A DNA stretch of 64,000 nucleotides from Flectonema sp. DT1601 (lineage: Eukaryota), in assembly GCA_964019425.1 (NCBI GenBank), contig OZ025805.1, forward strand, positions 1-64,000, in the 5' to 3' direction. Positions 23,953 through 34,434 of the stretch are shown here, in pieces; the stretch's first letter is position 1; every line of letters begins with the position of its first letter. The notes under the pieces were generated by a model. It was not told where the DNA came from and searched no databases. It was given only the letters and a program-made list of their open reading frames with translations. A program made the translations under genes and the position numbers.

Positions 23953-23979
23953 TTCCCCCGACCACGCCCCCCGTTTTTT
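23938..23979 (-). other. Predicted -1 programmed ribosomal frameshift signal (A AAA AAC + 7-nt spacer + hairpin)
   Basis: Minus strand reads CCA AAA AAC GGGGGGC GTGGTCGGG-GGAATTGAAT-CCTGGCCGT. The heptamer is in the correct phase of ORF1, and the -1 frame is the open RT frame. Confidence 0.7.
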
Positions 23980-25985
23980 GGAAAGTGTTGTGGCTGTTGT
24001 CCGGTCGTTGTCGTCCCCCTCACCAAACCGGCTGGCCTGCTACCCTTCAACGCTACCTTCCTCGCCGCAGCGGTGGTGGGGTCCTCCCAGCTCTCAGCCA
24101 GCGCCTTCAGGTACAAGTCGCCACTCCTGCTCCCGTGCTCCCCCCGAATCAGTTGGAACTCCAGCATCTCGTGAAGCAACCCTAAGGTCACTTCCTCCCC
24201 ACCGTTGATGGTCGCCTCCACCGTCTTCGCCAACAGACCTACCATCTGCTTCGCAACTTGCGAACCACCCTCTCCGAACTTCTCCGTGATCGCCCGCCGG
24301 AGGAGGGACATCTCCACGTCACCTCGCCCACCGTAGCCAGCCCACAACGTATGCTGCGCCGCTGCCTGTTCCAATGGCACCTGCACCGCAGGCACCTCCG
24401 CATTCCAATGGGCCAACAGCCAACCTTCTTCTTTAAATTGTTCAGGCGTGAGCACAAAGAATGACTCCCGCCTACCAATCAATCCCAGGACCACCTCCCC
24501 GGTCACACCGTCGAGATCCACCACGAATCCCTTGTCCGACCCGCGCTTCACCTTCGATCCCCTGCACATACCTGCCGGGAAAGCGACCACCTTCGTCTTC
24601 GGTACTAGGTGGTGGAGCGTTGTCGCCATCTGCGATAACACCGTGCTCAGCCCGTCCTGCGCTGTCGGTGCTTGCCGTTGTTGAAGCAGCAGACCCTGCT
24701 GCTGTAGCGCCTGCTGCTGCAGCGCCTGCTGTTGTTGAGTCATCTGCTGTTGCTGTGCGTTCAGACTCTCCTCCAACCTCCGTTGTTCCTGTTGCTGAAA
24801 CTTGTTCTGCTCCTGTTGCAGCAGCTGCTGTTGCTGGAGCTGCTGCTGCTGAAGCTGCTGCTCGTTGCTCTTCGCTTGTTCCGCCAGCTTGTGCTGGTCC
24901 AGCTGGCGTTGCTGTTCCTGTTGTTGCACTTGTTGTTGCTTCAGCAGCTCGTCCCGAAGCCTTAACTGCTCCTCCAACTTCCGTTGATCCTCTTGGAACT
25001 GTTGTTGCTGAGCTTGCTGTTGTTGAATCTGCTTCTGTTGCTGTTCTTGTGCCAATTGACTCTGCAGTTCTTGCTTTTGTTGCTGCTGCTTCTGTAATTC
25101 CTGCTCCTCCCTCTGTTGGTCCAGCAGGTTTTGCTGCAGCTCGAGTCGCTGCCGCAACTCCTCCCGCTTCTGCTGCTCGGTCTTCAGCACCCCGTCCTGT
25201 CTGGCCTTTTCCTTCGCCATCTGCATCACAGCCTCCCCGAGCTCTTCCTGCCTATCCGCTACGGAGTTGAAAGCCTCTTCGGCCGCACCTTCAACCATGG
25301 CGGTGTGTTCTTCCGCCTTCACCTGCCTCCGGGCTTGCTCGTTGATCACCTGGGCCACCCGGCTCACGGTGACTTCCAGGTTCTCCCCGGCCGTCGTGCG
25401 TTGTGCTTGGCGAGCAGCCAACTGCTCCGTCACCGATTGGTGGGCCACAGCCTGACCCTTCAGCTCCCGGTAGGCCATGCCTCCCGCGCGAGCCAACCCC
25501 TCCAAACTGGGGTTCGTTCCCGAAACCGGTTCCGCGAAAACCGGCGGTGGCACCTGTTCCATCGAGTCCACCTCCATCACCATGAGGGTCGACCTCCCCC
25601 CCGTCATCGGCGACGGAACCGAGGGTGCCGAGCCCGTCATCGTCCCCAGCCTTCTCATCCTCTCCTTCACCGCATCGGCGTTGACCTCGACCAGGCCCGT
25701 CAACAGCACGAACACAGTCCGTGCCGACAGCGTTCTCGCCAACCCCACCGGGATGTCGAGACACAGAGCTAACAACTTGTCGTTGCCAGCTCTGCGGGAT
25801 GAATTGCTGTCCTCCCGACAGGTGGGCATCCAAATGCTGTCCCCACCGGACAGCCCCATCGCTTGTTGGAACCTGCGGTTCCTTGCCTCCAGGGACACCT
25901 TCATGCGCCCCACCTCCCCTAGTATCGCCTTCGCCTTCCCGGCGATACTAGCGGGCACCGAAAAATCATAATAATGATCCGGCAT
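23949..25985 (-). CDS. ORF1, gag-like protein with long Gln-rich coiled coil (678 aa)
   Basis: ATG-initiated first ORF of the element, Q/E-rich coiled-coil centre, RG-rich C-terminus. Gag identity is inferred from position only. Confidence 0.75.
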   Translation of the reverse strand: MPDHYYDFSVPASIAGKAKAILGEVGRMKVSLEARNRRFQQAMGLSGGDSIWMPTCREDSNSSRRAGNDKLLALCLDIPVGLARTLSARTVFVLLTGLVEVNADAVKERMRRLGTMTGSAPSVPSPMTGGRSTLMVMEVDSMEQVPPPVFAEPVSGTNPSLEGLARAGGMAYRELKGQAVAHQSVTEQLAARQAQRTTAGENLEVTVSRVAQVINEQARRQVKAEEHTAMVEGAAEEAFNSVADRQEELGEAVMQMAKEKARQDGVLKTEQQKREELRQRLELQQNLLDQQREEQELQKQQQQKQELQSQLAQEQQQKQIQQQQAQQQQFQEDQRKLEEQLRLRDELLKQQQVQQQEQQRQLDQHKLAEQAKSNEQQLQQQQLQQQQLLQQEQNKFQQQEQRRLEESLNAQQQQMTQQQQALQQQALQQQGLLLQQRQAPTAQDGLSTVLSQMATTLHHLVPKTKVVAFPAGMCRGSKVKRGSDKGFVVDLDGVTGEVVLGLIGRRESFFVLTPEQFKEEGWLLAHWNAEVPAVQVPLEQAAAQHTLWAGYGGRGDVEMSLLRRAITEKFGEGGSQVAKQMVGLLAKTVEATINGGEEVTLGLLHEMLEFQLIRGEHGSRSGDLYLKALAESWEDPTTAAARKVALKGSRPAGLVRGTTTTGQQPQHFPKNGGRGRGN

Positions 25986-26204
25986 ATTTTCTAAAACGCT
26001 TTGCGTTAAGACCCCTTCCTAGCCTGAATAAATGAGTACAATGAAATAATGATAAGAGAAACAGTGAAATGATAATTCTGAAATAAAGACAAGAGAACAG
26101 AAATAATACTTAAACAACATTTAATATTGATCAATGAAAAGGAAAATATTATAAGAGTATATCGTACTTCACTTGCCTTTTGTGCAGTTCCCAGTCTGAG
26201 TGTT

Positions 26205-26238
26205 GGTTTGCGGGTTTGCGGGTTTGCGGGTTTGCGGG
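26205..26238 (+). repeat. About 4 units of the GGGTTTGC satellite between two element insertions
   Basis: Read directly. Confidence 0.97.
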
Positions 26239-26767
26239 GAACCGCTCGGCATTCTCAGTGAAGTACTGTTGAAAAGGAAAAGTCATAAAGGAGAGTCTGA
26301 TAAAAACAATCACACGAATTAACCACATAACAAGATACTAGCATCATACGCCTCATGTCGTCTTAGCTTTCCCATTTTCTCAGCTGAATAAAATGATGAT
26401 GAGAAAGACAAAGGAGAACCAAGTTAACACGAAGCAACTCATTCACGAAGGGGTAATGGGAAAACGGCACCGCATGCTTGTACAATTGCATGTTCGACCA
26501 CGGCCTAAAATCGGCCGGGGGAAAGGTTGGCACCGTCACAGGGGTAGGGCGGGTGGGAAAACGCTTTGCGTTAAGACCCTTCCTAGCCTGAATAAATGAG
26601 TACAATGAAATAATGATAAGAGAACAGTAAAATGATAAATCTGAAATAATAACAAGAGAACAAAAATGATACTTAAACAACATTTAATGTTGATCAATGA
26701 AAAGGAAAATATTATAAGAGTATATCGTACTTCACTTGCCTTTTGTGCAGTTCCCAGTCTGAGTGTT
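26239..26767 (-). mobile_element. 529-bp non-autonomous derivative (SIRE-like) of the adjacent YR retrotransposon
   Basis: 26239-26540 nearly matches 20836-21137 and 26558-26767 nearly matches 25993-26204. They are joined by the 17-nt GGGGTAGGGCGGGTGGG. Satellite junctions are identical to the full-length element. Confidence 0.85.
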
Positions 26768-27041
26768 GGTTTGCGGGTTTGCGGGTTTGCGGGTTTGCGG
26801 GTTTGCGGGTTTGCGGGTTTGCGGGTTTGCGGGTTTGCGGGTTTGCGGGTTTGCGGGTTTGCGGGTTTGCGGGTTTGCGGGTTTGCGGGTTTGCGGGTTT
26901 GCGGGTTTGCGGGTTTGCGGGTTTGCGGGTTTGCGGGTTTGCGGGTTTGCGGGTTTGCGGGTTTGCGGGTTTGCGGGTTTGCGGGTTTGCGGGTTTGCGG
27001 GTTTGCGGGTTTGCGGGTTTGCGGGTTTGCGGGTTTGCGGG
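26768..27041 (+). repeat. About 34 units of the GGGTTTGC satellite
   Basis: Read directly. Confidence 0.98.
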
Positions 27042-27509
27042 GAAACGCTTGGCATTTAATTCTGGCACCCTGATTTTAAGAGGAAGGAAATAAAGAACAC
27101 GTTAACACAGGAAAGAAAGAATTGGCGAAGTTAAATCCGCACTATGTCTACTGATCCTGACATGTCTTGTCAAACTGGCAAAAATACGAAAAATGAAAAC
27201 AAACTAACATCAGATATTCAAGTCTCAAGGTTGTTCATCCGCGATGGGGTAAACTGTAGTGTGGTACTCGAGCCTCGGAAGAGGCCCCACGGTAGTTAGC
27301 ACAGTCTACCACCAAAGAACTTGGCACACTGAAGTCGTAATAGACTTCGGCCATTGTTTTTCCTTTATCCTGTACCACAAACTACAGAAGAATGAACATT
27401 AAGAGAGAGGTAGAGTGAACGCAAAGCAAACACAAAGCTAAGATGTAAATGGATAACGCAGAACATCAAAGGCGCCGAATACCATTGAGCAGTTCCCTGT
27501 GAAAAGATA
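27042..27509 (-). mobile_element. 468-bp diverged non-autonomous relative of the same family
   Basis: Left end gaaacgcttggcatt vs gaaccgctcggcatt. GCAGTTCCC lies exactly 12 nt from the right end, as in the other two elements. Collinear internal blocks (ggggtaa, ttggcac). Same satellite phase at both junctions. Confidence 0.72.
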
Positions 27510-27618
27510 GGTTTGCGGGTTTGCGGGTTTGCGGGTTTGCGGGTTTGCGGGTTTGCGGGTTTGCGGGTTTGCGGGTTTGCGGGTTTGCGGGTTTTGCGGG
27601 TTTGCGGGTTTGCGGGTT
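27510..27618 (+). repeat. About 13 units of the GGGTTTGC satellite, plus a 2-unit remnant near 27743-27757
   Basis: Read directly. Confidence 0.97.
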
Positions 27619-27642
27619 CACTATTACCTAGCCATCGTTTTA

Positions 27643-28260
27643 AGTTTTGCATGCTTAGGCAAAGGAAAAACAAGCTTAATTCAGAAAAACAAAAAATAAA
27701 TAACTTTGCGCAAGCGAAGCGAGCCTGATGGGTATCTCTAGTGCGGGTTTGCGGGTTTTTTTACATTTGATTGTAGTTTCATAGTACTGGATGGAAGTGC
27801 TCGACTTCCAGCCTCCACCTTGCCCAGAGGCTAACAGGTTGTAAACAACTAAAGAAAATAAAAGAGAAATGATCTGAAGGTGAAAAAAATAAAAAATCTT
27901 CTTTCTTTCATATACATCTTTCTTTATAATACGACCACATGTGCCATATGCCCACACTCCACGAAAGAAAATAGAAAACCCCGGAACAGTACCGAGGATC
28001 GTTCACCCCCAGTTGCCCAAAGCATTATAATTGTACTGTGGGCTTACCGAAAAGCTTTAGAAACGTACCACAAAAGATTTGGGCAGCACATAACCATATC
28101 ACTCAGCAAGAAATGAAAATCAAAAGGATCAGGTAAGATGACAGCCAGCTTAATGTCATAACTGCGCCGGACCTTGGATTTTAGCATACTTAAGCAACGG
28201 AAAAACAAATTAAATTCAAAATAACACAAAATAAATAACTTTGCACGAGCGAAGCGAGTC
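27643..28260. repeat. Diverged ~80-bp direct repeat pair (about 27643-27725 and 28178-28260) ending in GCGAAGCGAG
   Basis: gcatgcttaggcaaaggaaaaacaa...aaataaataactttgcgcaagcgaagcgag vs gcatacttaagcaacggaaaaacaa...aaataaataactttgcacgagcgaagcgag. Confidence 0.8.
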
Positions 28261-28291
28261 TTGCCCCTTCTTTTATTTATTTATTTTTGAG

Positions 28292-28436
28292 ATTTTCGCT
28301 ATTGGGGTGCCTGATAATGTCATTTTCGCTATTCACTAAAAGCAGTAACTTTTTTTTCGCTGTTCACTAGAAGTGATAATTTTTTTTCGCCGTTCAGTAA
28401 AAGAAAATTTTTTTTTTCGCTGTTCACTACAAGTTA
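28292..28436. repeat. About 30-bp degenerate tandem repeat x5 (TTTTCGCTRTTCACTA core)
   Basis: Core recurs near 28293, 28323, 28354, 28384 and 28414. Confidence 0.75.
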
Positions 28437-30624
28437 CAACTTTTTCCCCAAAAAAAAATTTTTCCCCCCCTTTTTTTTTTTTTTTTCTTTTTCTTCTTTG
28501 CTGGGAACATGCTGGTACCTTGAACAATTTTATTTGTCACTTGGACAAAAGCTTTGTGCCGTTTTACTTTCTATTCAGCACATCTGTGGATTTATGATAA
28601 TGGATTGATTGAAAGCCAATAACACAAACGGTCAAAGATGTGATGACTTGGGAAATGATAAAAGTAATCTTTCTGGAACTTCTGCTCAGTACATGCAAAT
28701 GCATCTTGACACGCGGGAACCCTTCGGGCAGTACTGCGCTCTTGATAATTCAAAGTAGCCTTAAAAAAGCTCCCATGCCTGCATGAGTTAGATACCCTGA
28801 TAACCCGGTCAGAAACAGGAGTGTCGCTTGCGACCAGGCTGTCTGTAACTCGCAGGTGCCTTGACTTTGAAATTCGGTTGGAATGATGTGTAAGAGGACA
28901 ACAGTTCTCTGTAAGGTGACCCTGCACACATACCGTTCTTTGCATGCACCCATTTTTCAGAGGCTGAGCACACTATCAGGACCTGACGAACAACCCAACC
29001 TTTCCGTGAGTACTTGTCTTTGCTAATCTCGTCAAGCCAGATGAACATCATACAAACGTTATCTCAACATCCGTGTGCGGGTGTTATCTTCCTCATCTCG
29101 GTTTAGCCCTGCACCATCTGCGGATTCTCGAAGGAAACTGGTCGGCTACGATGCTTCGTTCGGTAAAACGTACAAGTTCCTAATCATAAACGTTTTTCTT
29201 TCTCTCTATGCTTTTACTCTTTTACTACGAACTCTTATTCCCAATCTCTAAGATGCCCGGAAACATAGTTGAAACTCAACCTGCTGCCACTGAAACTCAG
29301 CCTGCCTCAGCTTTGGCTGACACAAGACCTAGTATTGAGGGAACCTTTCAATCCTTTGATGCACTTCGTGCGAGGGTAACCCTCGCTTTTTGTTCTTCGT
29401 GGGGAAAAGGGTGAACATTCACGTGCACAAACGCATGTGGGTGGAAAGTATGTGCCACAGCAACAGACGAAGGTTGCTACCACAAACGCGTGTGGTTCTC
29501 CGGCACGACAGCACGTGTGCTGCTGGAGAAAGCAGCTCCTACGGTATGAAGAATACTGTCATACCTTGCTGCTGAAAAGTGTAGGTATGCCTGCCTGCCT
29601 CATAATTATTCTGGTTGGTTACTATTAGTTTTTGCCACAACACTAAACATGTCTCTAGGAGAGAAATACACCGCGGCGTGTTTAATCGCAGGCATGAAGG
29701 AGAAGGGGGTCGTGATAAAGAAGGACACCACCTATCGCGATCATACACCGACTACTCATGCCGACAACATAACCCACCCATCACATAACCGTGAAGCTGC
29801 AAGGAAGAAAAATAAGAATTAACACAGGTATCACATAGAACGGCATGCCAACCGATGCCGACATAGCCTCCAGGTTCATATCCTCCAGAACTTATTTGCG
29901 TCATGCACTGGCTTGTTGTTACTGGTCTTATTTACCCTCTTTTCATCTGACGTCACAGACTGCTGGGAAATAACGCATCCTTAGGTTATGTGATTGCTGT
30001 TGACTTCACATATCGTGTATCTGTGAGAACTGTAGCCCGTTGTCCAAATGAATGTTGTTTAAAAACATTATGTTCGGCATTTAGATCCTTGTTTCCTGTG
30101 GTTGGGGAAATGATTATACTATAGGGAGGGGCTGCTTTTTACCGTACTAATTCATTTCCAATCTGGCTCCGAAGATAAAAGAGGGGTCGGGGTGAGTGGT
30201 GTGTGTGGGGAGTTTTTTGTTGACCGCGGGTAGTGGGGATGGGTGCAAAATATGTTTCAAACAGTGTTTGCTTTTTTTTAAGGTCATCCACACAAACTTT
30301 GAAGGACTTCCTTAAATCTATTGGGAATTTCTTACTTTCGACTCGTTCTAAAACTCTCTTGGTGGGTATTCATTTTCAGCTAACACAGAAGTTGAGGAAA
30401 AAAAAGAAAAAACTGCTAATAGAAAGTCGTGCGGGGTTTCATTTTTTTTGTTGTTGAACCTTTATCCCTCTCTACACTGTGGTAAGGTCCTTCCGCCGAG
30501 GGGTACGGGCAGATTATTGTACTAAAATGGCTGTACGGGAGGGGTACGGGTTTGGAGGTGGTAGGGTACGGGAGGTATACGGGAGGGGTATACGGGTCAA
30601 GGTAAGAACTTACAACTGTGTACG

Positions 30625-32875
30625 CTACAACATTCTACAGATTCTGCGGAGCATTCTTGGAGGTCTCTGGAACTTTACTTGTGGTGGTAACCAATTCATA
30701 GGACGATGCCTGAGCAAGGATGAACTTGGGTAATTGACTTTTGGTAAACCAAGTTTGCTCAACCACTTCTCCATGGAATCTTTTGTGAACCAAATACCAT
30801 TCCGCTTGGCAGTCTGAAGCTTTGGTGTGTGTGTGGTGAAATAAAGACCATGTACATTAAGTGGTACCTTCTCTTCCGTTGCCCAAGCCTGGAGTTTCTG
30901 GACAGCTGGAATTTCCACAGCCTTCGTTTCTACTTCTTGGAGGTTAGCGACTTTCTTTGCTAGTTTGCACTGGGCACAGAATAGGTAGAGCGTTGCCTCT
31001 TTATCTCCTTTGGAGAGCGTCAAAGGGATCAGAATGTCAACACCCTCTTCGACGATATTTTTCGAGTAAACAGCTTGTCCAGATTGGAGCATGTTGTAAA
31101 GTTCTCTGGATTCCAGGATGTTAAGGGATGAAGGTTTTTGCACTTTTGCAACTGGCCTGGGGTGAACAATCAATTCTCTTATGGTTTCCTGGATATGGTC
31201 AGCCCCATTAAAATATACACTCAACTTTGGTGTAATTCCCAGCTGTTTGTATGCGTGGTTCAGAAGCCCTTCAAAGTAGATTGTTGTCTCTTCAAATGTT
31301 TTGGGGTTCATGTTTGCATCACTGCCAAGATATTCAATCAGCCAATTCCCAACAAGCTCTGATCGGTTTTTATCTGCCCATGCCCAAACCAAACTTGGAT
31401 TTAAGCATTCAACACCGTTTGAGAGTTTGTGGAGAACACCTCTGGTTCTTAATGCATCCTCTGTGGAAATGTCGAGTGACTCTGTGAGAACTGCAGCGAG
31501 GTGGTCCTTAACATATGACGTGTGAAGCGGTTGAAACATGCATGCACCATGAATCCCACTAGCTATGCGTGAAGCAAGACCAGCTGTACCATGACGCTTT
31601 GCTTCAGCAATCACACTGGAGAGACCCACAATTGCACGGGGATTACCAGCACACATGTTCAATGACCACTCAGTTACCAGATCCCCTGCCCCTTTAAGCT
31701 CGTCACTCAATAGATTCAGGGCATTTTCATGAGATAGGTTTGTTAATGGTATGTGAACGATCCGACGAAGACTACCTACAGACTCGGTCACTTCGTTATC
31801 AAACAACTCGGTGAGTGCTGTCCAGACAAATCGTATCTCAGGTAAATTGGTATTGGTACACAAGTCCTGATAGGCCATCAGGGCAGTTCTCAGCGCTTTG
31901 CATCTATTTGTTGCACGACTCTTGAGTTCTGATTTATCCACACTTTGTTTCTGAAGCTCTATAATGTGATGTTCACGCAATTTAATAAGTTCATCAATAC
32001 AGACAATCAAAGGGGTCTCATCAGATAGGCCAAGCTTCTGTCGAAAGGCTGTGATCACCACATCGAAGTCTACAATGCGGTTGAAATCAACGTCTCTTCT
32101 TCTGAAGCTGTTTGTTTGGACAAGCTGACGAGCAAAGGCAACAAGCGGATCCATCTTTCCATCATCGATAATCTGTGCATCTTCATTATAGGTCATCATA
32201 ATACTTCGATCAGGATACCATTCATTCATAATCCCTTTACGTAGCAGGAAGGTCTTCCCTGAGCCTGGAATTCCTACAGTTGTGATGACATGCCACCTAT
32301 CATTTATACGTTTTTGATGCAACACCACATCAAGTGCATTGCGTGCATTTTCCCTATCAAGGAGTGGCTTATTTGCAACAACAGTCTCCATCTTCATTTT
32401 TGAAGGGTCCAAAAGCTTCTCTACCTCCTCTACTGTGTATGGTACAACATCAGGCGTCTGTGTGGATGATTGTTTTTCTTTTGGTGAACAAGTAATTTCA
32501 ATAATCAATCCGAAGGGCTGTACTGTGACCAATACAAAAAAAGGTTGGACCTGTTCAGACAGGTTTCCTCCGAAATGCGTTACAAAGAAAAAGTAAAAGG
32601 TATACCTCAGAAGACTTCTCCAACAACCCGATGTATCTAATCTTCTCTGCCTCCAGTTTCTGTAACCGAGCGAACTTCTTCTTCGCAAGCTCTTGTCTTT
32701 TTGTTAAAGAGGTTGCTGTTTCCAATAGTAGTTCGAATTCGTCAACATCGGGTACTTCTTCTTCTTCAGCAATCTTCTTTATTTCACTCTTTTTTACATC
32801 AATCTCCGCTACGGTCACATTCCATTGTTTTCTATAATCCTGGTCACCCTGCAGGTCACTTGGTGGAGTTGTCAT
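30625..32875 (-). CDS. P-loop NTPase with C-terminal restriction-endonuclease-like domain (Crinkler/RHS-type architecture), two exons, about 731 aa
   Basis: Walker A GIPGSGKT, Walker B LIVCIDE, sensor-like CAGNPRA, and C-terminal GVD...AQCK. A 55-nt GTATAC...AACAG intron (32551-32605) joins ORFs 32555..32875 and 30625..32688 in frame. Confidence 0.75.
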
Positions 32876-33127
32876 GGTTTTTGTTTTGCTTTTGGGTGTT
32901 GTTGTTGTTTTTTGAGGAGGGTATCCTGTGGGAAATAGATCGTTAAACCTGGGTTACCTGTATTAAATCTCCTGCATGAGACTGCTTCCTTGCATCAGCA
33001 TAATTAACTGATTTCTTTTTCGAGCTTTGCCAACAATCTCTTTGTCCTCTCCATGTTTCCCTCTGACCAGTCTAAATGTATGTAGATCTAAAGGTGAAAC
33101 TGTGGATGAAATGATTTTCTATCTGTT

Positions 33128-33252
33128 CAGCACTACCCAAAAGTATAGAAGGAGATGTGCCTGTCACAGCACTACTCAAAGTAGAAATAATCGCAATGCC
33201 TGTCATAGCACTATTCGAAGTAGAAAGAGATATATGCCTGTTACAGCACTGC
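33128..33252. repeat. About 39-bp tandem repeat, ~3.3 copies (cagcacta..aagtagaa..tgcctgtca)
   Basis: Read directly. Confidence 0.75.
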
Positions 33253-34104
33253 TCTGTTGTTAGATACTAAAGAAAAAAAATAGAACGAGTATCCAAGCCT
33301 TGGACGAAGTACACACCTACCACCCAAGAAGCCGATGGCAGACCTTCTTTAGGGTAGGGCATACCAATAAGTCCAACAGAATGGCCACAAAAGGAAGTCG
33401 AGAAAAACGGAATTGGTTTCTTTTTTGTTTTGCATCCGCTTTTTTCTTGTTTGGAATGTTAATCTTTTTTCGACTTGTAAAAATATGGGAGGTAATAAAT
33501 AATTAGCGGATCGATATTAGTATTGGTAAAATGGATGAATCATAACTACTAGTCAGATTCTTCGGATTCCTCGAATTCTTCTGAGTAGGTGTCGTCTTCA
33601 GTAGGGACTGATCTAGTAGAGTCCTGACTGTCCAGACTACAATCCGAATCATCGTCACTCTCGGATTCGAGCAAGTCCTTACTCTTCGCACCTTTTTGTT
33701 TTTAGTTGCGATATGTTGCGACATCAGATAGCATCTCCTGTTTTCGAAATGAATGAATAAATACAGCACAACTTGGTTTGTGAATCCTGTTAAAGGGTTA
33801 AAAATGCTAACTCGAATTTTACAAGTTTAGGAACCTATCACTCAACCCAAAATACAGGGAATCATCGGTGTACCATAGTTTGTGTGTATGCACTGCTGGA
33901 TCAAATGTGTAACCGCTTCCCACATGCGATAAACCTGTTAATGTACCACGAAAGTCATCTTTCTCAACTGGAATACCCACGACATCACCTGAAACAAAGA
34001 AACGTAGATCGGACGAATATGTGTGTGTGATTGAAGTAATCCAACCTACTTTGCCTGTACTGTAAATGTATGTGATCTCAATTGATTCGCCCTTGATACC
34101 AAGA

Positions 34105-34420
34105 GGCATTACCACCCATGGGTATCCCTTTTGTTTGACGGTAGCATTGATGACTTCCAATCGGTTGGATTAAAGAATAGTCGATACGCATGTCAATTAG
34201 TTTACCAATCATTTCAGAAGTGTATTCCTTTGTGTTTGCATTAACTCCGTCTGTGAAAAAGAAAGTCTTGGACTCTCCACGCGCTCTGCTATTTCGTGCA
34301 ATATGTTTCTTAACGGAAAATCTAAAAGCTTCATCTACTGTTTCTTTGCAATTTCGTTTAAGTACCTCATGCTTCAGGTTGCTGTACATGGTGGTGAAGT
34401 CATAAGTTTTGGGTTCGTCA
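34105..34420 (-). pseudogene. Fragment of a second Penelope-like RT
   Basis: TYDFTTMYSNL and YRQTKGIPMGGNAS parallel THDFTTMYTRL and QVVGTPMGGNAS in the RT at 35924-37189. Truncated on both sides. Confidence 0.8.
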
Positions 34421-34434
34421 TCAAAAGGGTAATA

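Larger units (their letters stand above)
20836..26204 (-). mobile_element. Full-length VIPER/TATE-like tyrosine-recombinase (DIRS-order) retrotransposon inserted in the satellite
   Basis: Satellite on both sides. Gag-like ORF, tyrosine recombinase and RT/RNase H occur in the gag-YR-RT order known from kinetoplastid VIPER. ORFs are uninterrupted and GC-rich, the UTRs are AT-rich, and there are no LTRs. Confidence 0.9.

Noticed and set aside
21308..25971. Many plus-strand ORFs inside the YR element
   Set aside because: Antisense shadows of GC-rich coding sequence with no recognisable motifs.
20836..26767. A single PAT/Ngaro-type element with split direct repeats (A-ORFs-B-A-B)
   Set aside because: The pattern runs opposite to ORF orientation and satellite units separate B from the second A. 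The repeats have diverged, and a third short element shows the same ends independently. A master plus short derivative fits better.
26205..27618. CRISPR-like array (repeat blocks separated by unique inserts)
   Set aside because: The inserts are 470-5400 bp and related to each other, the repeat blocks vary in length, and there are no cas genes. The context is eukaryotic.
28592..29750. Short ORFs that might be a decayed DNA transposase
   Set aside because: No convincing DDE motif or terminal inverted repeats could be identified by eye.
33500..34105. Acidic-tailed coding remnant next to the PLE fragment
   Set aside because: Fragmented by stops and I cannot assign a family.
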